The notes: generated from the sequence alone by a model not told the origin. Counted from the first letter of the stretch, positions 1-9,201 are shown. The stretch is 64,000 bases of DNA from an uncultured Verrucomicrobiota bacterium (GCA_964650945.1 CAZYXU010000002.1:22105-86104); one strand, 5' to 3'. A program made the numbers and translations.

Positions 1-850
1 AAACGAAGGCGCCGGCGCCCATGCGGATGTCAATATCGAAGTCAAAACCGGAACTGAAAATATTTTTCCCAAGCAGCCCCATCTCCCGGGCCTGGCGGAT
101 GGCGGTCTTCAGGCGCTGGATGGCCAGCGGATATTCCGCCCGGACGTAAACGTACCCCTGGCTGGCGCCCACGGCATAACCGCAGATGGCCATGGCCTCA
201 ATCACGCTGTGGGGATCGCCTTCCAGAATGCTGCGGTCCATAAAGGCGCCCGGGTCGCCCTCATCCGCGTTGCACACGACGAATTTCGGGCGGCCGGGCT
301 GCGCGGCGGTGGTGCGCCACTTGATGCCGGTGGGGAACCCCGCCCCGCCGCGGCCGCGCAAGCCGGAAACGGTGATTTGCTCGATCACCTGGGGCGGCGC
401 CATATCCGTCAAGGCCTTGCCCAGGGCGGCATAGCCGTCGGCGGCAATGTATTCGCGGATGTCTTCCGGGTTGATGTTGCCGCAGTTGCGCAGGGCGATT
501 TTTTCCTGCAGACGGAAAAAATCGATCTCGTTCATGGCCTGCACCAATTCCTGGGTGGACGGCTTTTTATAGAAGAGCCGGCGCACCACGCGCCCCTTCA
601 ACAGGTGTTCCCCGACGATTTCGGCCACATCGTCGGGCTTGACCTTCTGATAAAAAACGCCTTCCGGGTAAACCACGACAATCGGGCCAATTTCGCACAT
701 GCCCATGCATCCGGTGGTCACCAGGCCGACTTCGCCATCCAGTCCATTGGCTCCCAGTTCGCGGATAAACGCGTCGCGCACGCTTTCCGCGCCGGAAGAA
801 ATACAGGCGCCGCCCGCACATAACAGGACCTGAGCCCTGAAAGCTTTCAT
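1..850 (-). CDS. NADH-quinone oxidoreductase subunit F-like flavoprotein (HndC/HoxF/NuoF family) with N-terminal thioredoxin-like [2Fe-2S] domain. Partial: the C-terminus lies beyond the window start.
   Basis: Reverse translation from ATG at 850 gives MKAFRAQVLLCAGGACISSG...GLRGRGGAGFPTGIKW...FVVCNADEGDPGAFMDR (NuoF NADH/FMN-binding motifs). RBS and ATG at 848-850 on the minus strand. No stop reached before position 1. Confidence 0.85.
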   Translation of the reverse strand, partial: MKAFRAQVLLCAGGACISSGAESVRDAFIRELGANGLDGEVGLVTTGCMGMCEIGPIVVVYPEGVFYQKVKPDDVAEIVGEHLLKGRVVRRLFYKKPSTQELVQAMNEIDFFRLQEKIALRNCGNINPEDIREYIAADGYAALGKALTDMAPPQVIEQITVSGLRGRGGAGFPTGIKWRTTAAQPGRPKFVVCNADEGDPGAFMDRSILEGDPHSVIEAMAICGYAVGASQGYVYVRAEYPLAIQRLKTAIRQAREMGLLGKNIFSSGFDFDIDIRMGAGAFV

Positions 851-861
851 ATTGCCATCCC

Positions 862-1368
862 CTACTCGTATTTTGCCAGAATGCCGGGCAGTTTCCGCGG
901 GGTTACCCGGCCGTGGACATCGTTATTGATCATGATCACCGGCGCCAGGCCGCAGGCGCCGAAACAGCGCTGGGTGGTCAGGGAAAAACGCCGGTCGGGC
1001 GTGGTTTCGCCCATTTTCACGCCCAGTTTTTCCTGCAAGGCATCCAGGACTTTTTTGGCGCCGCGCACATAGCAGGCCGTGCCCAGGCAGACATTGATGG
1101 TATGCCGGCCGCGCGGCTGCATGGAAAAATAATGGTAAAAGGTCACCACGCCGAGCACTTCGCTGACGGGCAAGCCCAGGGCCGCCGCCACGTGTTGCTG
1201 CACCTCCACGGGCAGATAGCCGAATAGTTCCTGCGCTTTGTGCAGCACGGGGATCAAGGCATTGCGCCCCTTGTCCTGGCCGGCGATAAATTCATCCAGC
1301 TCGCGCCAGACGGCGCCGGCGCAGGCGCCTTCGCAGGCGCAAGCGGTTTTAGCGGCGGTTTTAGTCAT
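862..1368 (-). CDS. NuoE/HndA-like thioredoxin-like [2Fe-2S] subunit (NADH dehydrogenase 24 kDa family)
   Basis: Motifs CLGTACYVRGA...CFGACGLAPV are typical of NuoE/HoxE. It lies directly upstream of the NuoF-like gene on the same strand. Confidence 0.85.
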   Translation of the reverse strand: MTKTAAKTACACEGACAGAVWRELDEFIAGQDKGRNALIPVLHKAQELFGYLPVEVQQHVAAALGLPVSEVLGVVTFYHYFSMQPRGRHTINVCLGTACYVRGAKKVLDALQEKLGVKMGETTPDRRFSLTTQRCFGACGLAPVIMINNDVHGRVTPRKLPGILAKYE

Positions 1369-1386
1369 TGCGCACCTTCCCGTTGA

Positions 1387-1743
1387 TCAGGCAAAAACCA
1401 GGCTGTCCACCGGCTTGCCGCCCACGATGTGTTCGGCGATAATGCGCCGGGCGGCGGCGGCATCCACCTTGCCGTAGCGCACGGCCGGCTGGCCGGCGAT
1501 TTCCACATCCACCAGCGGCTCGCGCTCGCAGAATCCGGCGCAACCCGTGGCGGTGACGGCCACGTCGGCCACCCCGGCCTTTTCGAGGGCGTCCATCAGC
1601 GCCTGCATCGTGTCCCGCGCGCCGGCGGCAATGCCGCAGGTTCCCATTCCCACCACGATTTTCGCGCGGTGCGCGCCGGAACGCAGCTCCAGCCCCTTGC
1701 GCACTTCATCGCGGATTTTCCGCAATTCGTCCAAATTCTTCAT
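1387..1743 (-). CDS. Thioredoxin-like [2Fe-2S] ferredoxin (HndB-like small subunit)
   Basis: 118 aa with GMGTCGIAAGA...TGCAGFCEREP cysteine pattern, typical of the [2Fe-2S] Trx-like ferredoxins found in Hnd/Hyd operons. Confidence 0.7.
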   Translation of the reverse strand: MKNLDELRKIRDEVRKGLELRSGAHRAKIVVGMGTCGIAAGARDTMQALMDALEKAGVADVAVTATGCAGFCEREPLVDVEIAGQPAVRYGKVDAAAARRIIAEHIVGGKPVDSLVFA

Positions 1744-1764
1744 ATTCCTCCTTATGGCGCGGAC

Positions 1765-2340
1765 TCATCGCGCGGCGGGGGTGGCGCCGTCATCCGCCGT
1801 CCCCGGCACCGCGCATAATTGTTGCAGTTCCTGACGCAAACAAAACGCCAGAAGATTGTGCACTTTCGGGTGGCAGAAGTCAACGCCATTCAGTTCTTTT
1901 TTTACGGCAGCGGTATCGAGGATCACGCGCCGGTCCGGGCCGATCCGCACCTCGAAATCCAGGCGGGGCCAGGCGGCCATGGCCGCGGCCAGGGCCGCGT
2001 CCAGGGCGCCGACCGGCTGCGCGTCAATATGCCCAAGGTCGAATACCGCCTCCACTGTCACGCCCTTACCCGGCACGCTGCGCACCGCCACCCGTCCGCC
2101 GGTGCGCTCGGCAGCCTGACGCAACAGCGCCAGCCCCAACCCCACCTTGCGTTCCGTGCGCGTGGTGGCAAAGGGATCGGTGGGATTGCCGCGGACCGCC
2201 GGCGGCAGCCCGGGGCCGTTGTCGCTGATCCGCACTTCAAAACGGTTGCCGGCGCGCAAAAAATCCACCTGCACGCGCGTGGCGCCGCCCTTGGCGGAAT
2301 TTTCAATGATATCCAGTAGATGGAGCGAAAGGTCCTTCAC
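1765..2340 (-). CDS. Histidine-kinase-like ATPase (HATPase_c) domain protein
   Basis: LHLLDIIENSAKGGATRVQV...ISDNGPGLPP resembles the GHKL ATPase N and G1 boxes. There is a 4-nt overlap with the upstream PHP gene. Confidence 0.6.
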   Translation of the reverse strand: MKDLSLHLLDIIENSAKGGATRVQVDFLRAGNRFEVRISDNGPGLPPAVRGNPTDPFATTRTERKVGLGLALLRQAAERTGGRVAVRSVPGKGVTVEAVFDLGHIDAQPVGALDAALAAAMAAWPRLDFEVRIGPDRRVILDTAAVKKELNGVDFCHPKVHNLLAFCLRQELQQLCAVPGTADDGATPAAR

Positions 2341-3068
2341 AATCCGTCTTCCTCCGGCAAAGCGCGCAGCGCCGGCGCCAGCGCGCGCAAATCATCGGCG
2401 GCCGCCGGCAGCACATTGATTTTGGCCACGCGGCCGATGTCCTCCAGGAAATGCGCATCCGACCCCGTGATCAGCGGCACGCCGGCATACCGCCGGCCCA
2501 GGCGGTATTTTTCGCGCACCCACTGGGAATAGCCGATTTCCAGCAAATCGAATCCCGGCCCGGCGTCCACCGCCCCCAACTGGCTCAAGAGGCTGAAACG
2601 CCCCCGGAAGACATGCGCCGGAACGGCCAGCCCGCCCCGCTGGTGAATCTCCGCCACCAACCGTTCGATGCTCAGGGCGGTGCCCGCCTGGCGCAGGCGC
2701 CGGTCCAAATCGCAAATCTCATCGTGGTCGTCATACACCACCTGGTAGCCGAAGACCGCGGGAACATTTTCGGCGGCCGGCAGGGCGGCGTCCACCAGTT
2801 CCTGCAAATCCGCCAGCGCCGCGGCATCCGCGAACAAAGCCAGCAAATGGACCTCCTCGCGGCTGCAAACCTCCATCCCCGGCACCACGGTCAGCCCCGA
2901 TCCGGCCGCCGCCCGCATGGCCGGGCGCACATGGGCGGAGGCGTTATGATCGGTGACGGCCAAGATGGTCAGGCCGGCGGCGGCGGCCCGGCGGACCACC
3001 TGGCCGGGGCTCATGACGTCTTCCGCGCAGGCGGAAAGCGCCGTATGCACGTGGAGGTCAAAGCGCAT
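2337..3068 (-). CDS. PHP (polymerase/histidinol phosphatase) domain metal-dependent phosphoesterase
   Basis: N-terminal MRFDLHVHTALSACA...LAVTDHN is the PHP domain signature. Confidence 0.7.
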   Translation of the reverse strand: MRFDLHVHTALSACAEDVMSPGQVVRRAAAAGLTILAVTDHNASAHVRPAMRAAAGSGLTVVPGMEVCSREEVHLLALFADAAALADLQELVDAALPAAENVPAVFGYQVVYDDHDEICDLDRRLRQAGTALSIERLVAEIHQRGGLAVPAHVFRGRFSLLSQLGAVDAGPGFDLLEIGYSQWVREKYRLGRRYAGVPLITGSDAHFLEDIGRVAKINVLPAAADDLRALAPALRALPEEDGL

Positions 3069-3077
3069 GATGGGCGG

Positions 3078-3425
3078 TCAAATTTTCCCCGCCAGCCGCA
3101 TGCAGAGCGCGGACGAGGTTTCCGTGCTGGCGCAGATATTCACGCCCTGGGCGCGGGCCTTGGCAATCGTCTGCGGGTCGGGCGCCGCGCCATTGACCAG
3201 CACCACCGCGGCGATATCGCGCAATTGCGCCACGGCAACCACATTGACATGCGCCTGGATCGTGAACCAAAGCGCCCGCGGCTGCACATGCGCCAGCACG
3301 TCGCTGAGCAGGTCGCCGCAATAGGCCGACTCCACTTCCAGCGCCTCCGCCGCCTCCGTCATGACTACCGGACTCAAACCCAATTCATCAATGATTTGCT
3401 GTAATTTCATGCCTGGCCACCTCAT
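3078..3425 (-). CDS. DRTGG domain protein
   Basis: About 115 aa, similar to the 4380-4733 product (LLSDILA..., GxTNxQ... layout). DRTGG proteins often accompany CBS/HATPase genes in hydrogenase clusters. Confidence 0.55.
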   Translation of the reverse strand: MRWPGMKLQQIIDELGLSPVVMTEAAEALEVESAYCGDLLSDVLAHVQPRALWFTIQAHVNVVAVAQLRDIAAVVLVNGAAPDPQTIAKARAQGVNICASTETSSALCMRLAGKI

Positions 3426-4387
3426 TCAACGGTATTTGCCCTGCGATTGGGCGGGATGGGCACCACCTTGTCAAAGGGCATGTCCAACATCACCACCGCC
3501 TCCACTTCCGTGCCGAATTCCATGGTGGAACGGATGGCAAATTCATCGGCGCATTGCTTGATGTTGCACAAGCCCATGCCGGCGCCGAATCCCAAAGCGC
3601 GGATTTTTTCATTGGCCGTGGTGTATCCCGGCTGCATGGCCTTCTCGATGTCCGGGATGCCGGGCCCCTCGTCCACCACCAGAATCCGCACGCGGTCCGT
3701 CAACAACTCCACCTCCATGTAACCGCCCAGGGAATGAATGATGACATTCATCTCCGCCTCGTAGCAGATCACGGCGATCCGGCGCAGAATGGCCGGGGAA
3801 ATGCCGAAGGATTGCAGGTGTTTTTTGACGGTGGTCGAAGCAACCCCCGCCATATCGAAATTGTCCGGCGCGATTTCAAACCGCAGTTTGTTCTGCGAAT
3901 CCCACATCACCAGGTCGGACTTGCCTTCCTGCTTCTCGAACCGCTCGGCAATGGCGTTGACTTCCATCAGCAGGTGCGAGAGGATGTCGCTATAGGTCAC
4001 AATGCCCACGACGTCGCGGCGCTGGGGCGCGCTGACGACCGGCAGGCGGCCGAAGCGGAATTTATGGAACAGGTTGGAGGCGGCGATCACCGAATAATTC
4101 TGGGGGATGGTCACCACGTTCCGGGACATGTAGCGTCCGACCGGCTCATCCACGCGGTTCAAGTCAAACGCGGTGATAATGTCGTGGATGCTGATGATGC
4201 CCTGCAGCTCGCCGTTATCCACAATCGGCGTGCCGGTGAAACGCTTTTCCTTCATGCAGAGCTGGATTTCGCGAAACGTGCTGGTGGGTTTGAAAAACAC
4301 CACCTGGCTGGTCATGACCTCGTACACCTTGAGCTGGTACATCAGCTCGTGCACAAGTCGAATCTGGCGTTCGCGTAATTCAGCCAT
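3422..4387 (-). CDS. CBS-pair plus GHKL-type ATPase (serine-kinase/anti-sigma-like) regulatory protein
   Basis: Tandem CBS-like segments (VMTSQVVFF..., YMSRNVVTI...) are followed by an HATPase-like C-terminus (VVDEGPGIPD...GFGAGMGL). It overlaps the flanking DRTGG genes by 4-8 nt. Confidence 0.65.
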   Translation of the reverse strand: MAELRERQIRLVHELMYQLKVYEVMTSQVVFFKPTSTFREIQLCMKEKRFTGTPIVDNGELQGIISIHDIITAFDLNRVDEPVGRYMSRNVVTIPQNYSVIAASNLFHKFRFGRLPVVSAPQRRDVVGIVTYSDILSHLLMEVNAIAERFEKQEGKSDLVMWDSQNKLRFEIAPDNFDMAGVASTTVKKHLQSFGISPAILRRIAVICYEAEMNVIIHSLGGYMEVELLTDRVRILVVDEGPGIPDIEKAMQPGYTTANEKIRALGFGAGMGLCNIKQCADEFAIRSTMEFGTEVEAVVMLDMPFDKVVPIPPNRRANTVE

Positions 4388-4733
4388 CGCGCTTTTCCAT
4401 CTTGTCCAGCGTCCGGCCGATGCGGCAACAGGCCTCGAACATGCCGCAGGGCGAAAGCACCAGTGGGATGCCGCTGCGTTTGGCCAGCGAAGCGACGGTG
4501 GGTTGGGGTTGCTTGTTGCGCAGGATCACCACGCAGCAGGCGCCGGTGATTTCAGCCGTGCGCAATACTTGCGGATTGGTCAATCCGGTCAGGAGCACGT
4601 AATTATCGTTTTCAAACGCCAGAATGTCGCTCAGCAGGTCGGAGGCCGCGAAACTATGCGTTGTGTGCTTAAGTTTATCTTCGCAGCAAACCAGTTCGCC
4701 GTCCAGCAATGCCACCAAATCCGAAATTTTCAT
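4380..4733 (-). CDS. DRTGG domain protein
   Basis: 117 aa, paralogous to the 3078-3425 product. It is the first gene of the minus-strand operon, with a divergent promoter region upstream (4734-5014). Confidence 0.55.
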   Translation of the reverse strand: MKISDLVALLDGELVCCEDKLKHTTHSFAASDLLSDILAFENDNYVLLTGLTNPQVLRTAEITGACCVVILRNKQPQPTVASLAKRSGIPLVLSPCGMFEACCRIGRTLDKMEKRDG

Positions 4734-5014
4734 GCTTATCGTCCTATCACCCTACCCCCGGCCGGCGCAAACGCCGGCATCAAAATAACATGTTCATGCT
4801 GTCATGCCCCGGCGCAAATGTCAACCGAATTCATGCCCGACATCCGCAGGCAGTCCCGACCCCGCGGCTGCGCCGGACTGCTTGACCGCCCCCGGGCGGC
4901 GCCGGACTGCCGGAAACAGGTTCCGCACGCCGCCGGCGCATTTTTTTTGTTGGACAACCGGCGCTTTATCGCCATAATGCCCGCAAAACTTTATTCACCA
5001 AGGAGTGGCAACCG

Positions 5015-5485
5015 ATGCAAATATCCGATACGCAAAAAACGGCGGTCAAACAGTGGGTAGCCGGCGGGTGCACCCTGGCGGAATTGCAAAAGAAAATCAA
5101 CGAGGAATTCAAGTTATCGCTGACTTTCATGGATGTGCGCTTTCTGGTGCTGGACCTGGGATTGAAGATCAAGGATCACGCCGCCGGCAGCGGCACGGTG
5201 GATTTATCCAAAACGCCGGCCAAGCCCGCCGCCGCCGCGGAGGATGACGCGCTGCTCCCGGACGGCGCCGGCGGAGTTTCCGTCACGTTGGACCGCGTAA
5301 TCAAGCCCGGCGCGGTGGCCAGCGGCCAGGTGACGTTCAGCGACGGCGTCAGCGCCGGCTGGATGCTGGACCAGATGGGCCGCCTGGGCTTGAGCGCCAC
5401 CCGCCCCGGCTACCGCCCCACCCCGGAAGATTTGCAGTCATTCCAGGAGGAACTGGCCAGCCTGCTGCAAAGCCGGGGGATGTAA
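5015..5485 (+). CDS. Hypothetical protein
   Basis: 156-aa ORF with SD-like GGAGTGG 8 nt upstream of the ATG. No recognisable motif. Confidence 0.5.
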   Translation: MQISDTQKTAVKQWVAGGCTLAELQKKINEEFKLSLTFMDVRFLVLDLGLKIKDHAAGSGTVDLSKTPAKPAAAAEDDALLPDGAGGVSVTLDRVIKPGAVASGQVTFSDGVSAGWMLDQMGRLGLSATRPGYRPTPEDLQSFQEELASLLQSRGM

Positions 5486-5487
5486 AA

Positions 5488-5750
5488 CTCAGTGTTCGGG
5501 GTTCAGTGTTCGGTGTTCGGTGCAGCCTTGGCGCAGGCGAGTGTGCCACGCCGAATCCTGGTGCAGGCGGGCACCTGGCTTAACCGCAAAGAACGCAAAG
5601 GACGCGAAAGGGAAATCTGGAAAACCGCAGAACCGCAGAATAATGAACCACAGAAGACGCCGCCTTTCCGCCCATTTGTGCCAACTCCAAAACTCACGTT
5701 TTGGAAGTTTTAATGTTTGACGTCAACACACTGAACACCGAACACTCTGC
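5488..5750. repeat. Imperfect 18-bp inverted repeat (agtgttcggNgttcagtg, 17/18 match) flanking ~215 bp that contain short tandem motifs. The region lies between convergent genes.
   Basis: Left arm at 5489-5510 (agtgttcggggttcagtg) and the reverse complement of the right arm at 5728-5745 (cactgaacaccgaacact). Internal direct repeats gttcggt x2, aaccgcag x2 and aaagaacgcaaaggacgcgaaagg. Confidence 0.5.
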
Positions 5751-6946
5751 CCCTCTGCTCCTCTGTGCCTTTGCCCCTCTGCCATAAGCGGCGTCGAGCC
5801 GCCGCACTCCAAAGGCGTAAAAAGCCGGGCCAACAGCCAGCGCACATCATCCGCGGTCACCGGGCGGGGGTTGGCCCGGGCGGAAGCGGAAGCCAGCGTT
5901 TCACGGATGATGCCATCCGTATCCCGGAGTTGCAGGGACGGGAACGGATTTTGCACTGCCAGACGGCTCAACAGCGATTCCACCCACTGCCGCAGGTCGG
6001 CGCCGGCCAAGGCGCTCAATTCCGCGTAACGTTCGCCCATGGCGGCCCGGTTAAGTTCCAACGCCAGCGGCAGGCACAGCCCGCACACCTGGCCGTGGGG
6101 AATTTTGTAACGGGCGCCCAGCGGATGCGCAATGCCATGGACCACGCCCAGGCGGGCAATGGACAGCGCCAGCCCGGAAAAATAGCTGCCCAGCAGCATT
6201 TTTTCCGCCGGATCCTCTGGCGGCGTCGCTTCGCCGGTATCCGCCAAACCGAAATCCAGCAGGCTGGCCGCAAGCAACCGGAAGCTTCGCCGGGCAAAAT
6301 CATCGCTCAAGCGCGACGCGGCGCGGCAAACAAAAGCTTCGATGGCCTGGGTCAGCGCGTCCAGCCCGGCATGCGCGCGAATCGCGGGCGGGCAGGCATC
6401 CAGCAGCGCGGCGTCTAAAATCACCAGGCGCGCCATCATGCAAGGATGGCGGATGGACTTTTTCTGACCGGTGCGCGGATTGGTCAGCACGGCATTCATC
6501 GTGGCTTCCGAGCCGGTGCCGGCCGTGGTGGGCGCCGCGATGAACGGCGCGCCGGGGCATTCCACCGGGCGGCCGTCATGATATTCCTCGAGGGCGCCGG
6601 CGGCATGCAATAAGCCCGCGCAAGCCTTGGCCACGTCCATGACGCTGCCGCCGCCGACCGCGGCCACCCAGTCCGCCCGCTCCCGGCGGGCGGTTGCCAG
6701 CAAGGCCGCCAGGTGGTCCAGCTTCGGCTCGCCGCCCGGATGTTCGGCGGTCACGATGGTGATTCCGGCCGGGCATTTTTGCATGAGCAGGCGCAGGAAG
6801 CCGGCGGCCCGCAATGAAGCGCCATGCACCAGCAGCCCGCGCCGGCCAAAGGCGGCGGCCTGCTCCGCCATGGTTTGTATGGCGCCCCGCCCGGTGATGG
6901 TACGGCCGGGCAAAATCAAATCATCCGGCATGACTTTCTCATCCAT
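5723..6946 (-). CDS. Iron-containing (group III) alcohol dehydrogenase
   Basis: The GGGSVMD motif, the APTTAGTGSE motif and the HG..H metal-binding region are typical of the Fe-ADH family. The C-terminal ~25 aa run into the repeat element, so the true stop could be earlier. Confidence 0.8.
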   Translation of the reverse strand: MDEKVMPDDLILPGRTITGRGAIQTMAEQAAAFGRRGLLVHGASLRAAGFLRLLMQKCPAGITIVTAEHPGGEPKLDHLAALLATARRERADWVAAVGGGSVMDVAKACAGLLHAAGALEEYHDGRPVECPGAPFIAAPTTAGTGSEATMNAVLTNPRTGQKKSIRHPCMMARLVILDAALLDACPPAIRAHAGLDALTQAIEAFVCRAASRLSDDFARRSFRLLAASLLDFGLADTGEATPPEDPAEKMLLGSYFSGLALSIARLGVVHGIAHPLGARYKIPHGQVCGLCLPLALELNRAAMGERYAELSALAGADLRQWVESLLSRLAVQNPFPSLQLRDTDGIIRETLASASARANPRPVTADDVRWLLARLFTPLECGGSTPLMAEGQRHRGAEGQSVRCSVC

Positions 6947-7325
6947 AACACATGATCACCGCCAACATTTCCAACGGCTCATAACCGTCATTGCGGATGG
7001 CATGCGAGGCTCCCCGGCCGGTCAAGACCGCATCGCCGGCCGCCACGCGCGTGGTTTGACCATCCTCGTCCAGCAGACCTGTGCCGCCGGTCACCACGTA
7101 TAACTCGTCTTCTTGATCATGCCGGTGCAAACCAATCCCGGCGCCCGGCGGAATGATCAGGCGGGCACACAAGCGGGTTTTGGCGTGAATTTCATCGGGC
7201 TTGAAAATATGGCGGACGGTGACCGCGCCCGGGCCGCCCCGCATGTTTTCCCGCACTTCGCTGGACATTTCCGCGGCTTTACGGATCATAGACACCTCCC
7301 GGACAGGAAAAAAATATTGCGCCAA
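6939..7325 (-). CDS. Cupin domain protein
   Basis: GxHxH..E cupin motif 1 (IGLHRHDQEDELYVV) and motif 2 (GASHAIRN). It overlaps the Fe-ADH start by 8 nt. An alternative start at M13 (7289) is possible. Confidence 0.6.
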   Translation of the reverse strand: MAQYFFPVREVSMIRKAAEMSSEVRENMRGGPGAVTVRHIFKPDEIHAKTRLCARLIIPPGAGIGLHRHDQEDELYVVTGGTGLLDEDGQTTRVAAGDAVLTGRGASHAIRNDGYEPLEMLAVIMCYG

Positions 7326-7453
7326 CCGGCTTTTTCATTATCATTAATGGCATCGGTAGTCAATGGCGGAAAGCGCCAATCCGGGAATCTGGCGGATGTG
7401 CCAGCGGGAGCGCGGTGGCATCCGCGCCCATTTCACCAACAACGGGAGGCAAT

Positions 7454-8896
7454 ATGCGCAGCAAACTTTACCTGCAAACCATGATTCTGCTGGGGGCTGC
7501 CAGTTTCCTGCCGGCGGCGGCCCTGGCTGCCGCCGCGCCCGCCGATCAAGCCACGGCCGAGGAAGTCAAAGCGCTGCGCCAGACTTCCAAGGCTTTTGCC
7601 GCCGTCGCCCGCCAGGCCATGCCGGCGGTGGTGTTCATCCGCGTCGAAAAAACCGTCACCCAGCCCGGCGCGCCGAACGCGATGGATCCCAACGAGCTGC
7701 TGGAACAGCTCTTCGGCATCCGCCAGCGGCGCGAACCGGCGCCGGAACGCCGCTACCGCCAGGGCGGCACCGGCACCGGGTTCATCGTCACCAAGGACGG
7801 CTACATCCTCACCAACAACCATATCGTGGGCGATGCCGACCGCATCACCGTCCGCACGCATGACGGCCGCGAATTCCAGGCCGAACTGGTGGGCAGCGAT
7901 CCGCGTTCGGAAGTCGCCGTGATCAAGATTCCCGGCGACAACTTCCCCGTCCTGCCGATCGGCGACTCCGACGCGATTGAAATCGGCGAATGGGTCATCG
8001 CCATCGGCAATCCGTTCGGCCTGTCCGAGACCCTCACCGTCGGCGTGGTCAGCGCCAAGGGGCGCAGCAACATCGGCATCACCGATTACGAGGATTTCAT
8101 CCAGACCGACGCCGCGATTAATCCCGGCAATTCCGGCGGGCCGTTGTTGAATATTGACGGCAAGGCCATCGGCATCAACACCGCCATCTTCAGCCAGATG
8201 GGCGGGTCGTTGGGGATCGGGTTCGCCATCCCCATCAACATGGCCATGAAAATCAAGGAGCAACTGAGCACCAGCGGCACGATCACCCGCGGCTACCTGG
8301 GCGTGGTCATCCAGGACATGACGGCCGAGCTGGCGGAGTCGTTCAAAAGCCCGCATACGCGGGGCGTGCTGGTGGCCGACGTGGTCAAGGGCGCCGCCGC
8401 CGATCAGGCCGGCATCCGCACCGGCGACATCATTCTGGAAGTCAACGGCAAGGTTGTGGAGGGCGCGGGGGCTTTCCGCAACCAGATTGCCCTGACGGCG
8501 CCGGGGACTGAGATTAAACTGACAATCTGGCGGGAGGAAAAACGCCGGGAACTCAAGATCAAGGTGGGCGTCCAGGACGGCGGCGCGGAATCGCCGCTGT
8601 CGCTCACGGCCATCAGCGAAAAAATCGGCCTGGTGGTGGAAAATCTTACCCCGCAATGGTCCCAGCGCTTCGGCTACACCGAGAACGGCGTGCTGGTCAC
8701 CCGCGTCCGCCCGGACAGCCCGGCGGCGGCGGCCGGGATTCAGCCCGGCCACCTGATCGCGGGGGTCAACCACCGCGACGTGGGCAACGTGGAAGAATTC
8801 AACGCCGCCTTAACCAAGTCCGCGCAATCCGGGATGTTGCTGTTGCTGGTGCGCGATCCGCAGTCGTCGCGGTTTGTGGTGATCCCGTTGAAATAA
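7454..8896 (+). CDS. degP: Periplasmic serine endoprotease DegP/HtrA (Do family) with two PDZ domains
   Basis: Signal peptide, trypsin-like catalytic motifs (GNSGGPLLN) and two PDZ-like C-terminal segments. GGGAGG RBS sits 6 nt before the ATG at 7454. The track ORF starts earlier at 7415. Confidence 0.9.
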   Translation: MRSKLYLQTMILLGAASFLPAAALAAAAPADQATAEEVKALRQTSKAFAAVARQAMPAVVFIRVEKTVTQPGAPNAMDPNELLEQLFGIRQRREPAPERRYRQGGTGTGFIVTKDGYILTNNHIVGDADRITVRTHDGREFQAELVGSDPRSEVAVIKIPGDNFPVLPIGDSDAIEIGEWVIAIGNPFGLSETLTVGVVSAKGRSNIGITDYEDFIQTDAAINPGNSGGPLLNIDGKAIGINTAIFSQMGGSLGIGFAIPINMAMKIKEQLSTSGTITRGYLGVVIQDMTAELAESFKSPHTRGVLVADVVKGAAADQAGIRTGDIILEVNGKVVEGAGAFRNQIALTAPGTEIKLTIWREEKRRELKIKVGVQDGGAESPLSLTAISEKIGLVVENLTPQWSQRFGYTENGVLVTRVRPDSPAAAAGIQPGHLIAGVNHRDVGNVEEFNAALTKSAQSGMLLLLVRDPQSSRFVVIPLK

Positions 8897-8968
8897 TTAA
8901 TTTTGCATTCCATGCAGAATTAATTTGACTCTGGCGCCATTTATTATATCTTGGGTTTTCTTCACTTA

Positions 8969-9042
8969 CGGGGCGTAGCGCAGACTGGTAGCGCGTTTGG
9001 TTCGGGACCAAAAGGCCGAGGGTTCAAATCCCTCCGCCCCGA
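8969..9042 (+). tRNA. tRNA-Pro (anticodon CGG)
   Basis: Manual fold: 7-bp acceptor stem CGGGGCG/CGCCCCG with the C1:G72 pair typical of bacterial tRNA-Pro. D-stem GCGC/GCGC. Anticodon stem TTTGG/CCAAA with loop TTCGGGA (CGG). T-arm GAGGG-TTCAAAT-CCCTC. Discriminator A. No encoded CCA. Confidence 0.85.
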
Positions 9043-9201
9043 TTCCGCCAGGATCACAGCAAGTCTTCCGTGCCGCAGCATCCAGCCTGCTGGTATACTC
9101 GCCGAGTTTTGCGCCGCGGGGCAACTGCCTGACTACGTTCCGGGAAAGCGGGTCGTTCCAATCTGCCGCTTACCCTCCGCGCGTTGCTTTCCAACCAGCC
9201 A

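Noticed and set aside
209-823. 204-aa plus-strand ORF across the first 800 bp
   Set aside because: It is antisense to the NuoF-like gene. Its composition is Gly/Ala/Arg-rich, as expected from a high-GC antisense frame. It has no motifs and no RBS.
7433-8773. 446-aa minus-strand ORF overlapping degP
   Set aside because: It is an antisense shadow ORF of a confidently identified DegP/HtrA gene. It is low-complexity Ala/Gly/Arg/Asp-rich.
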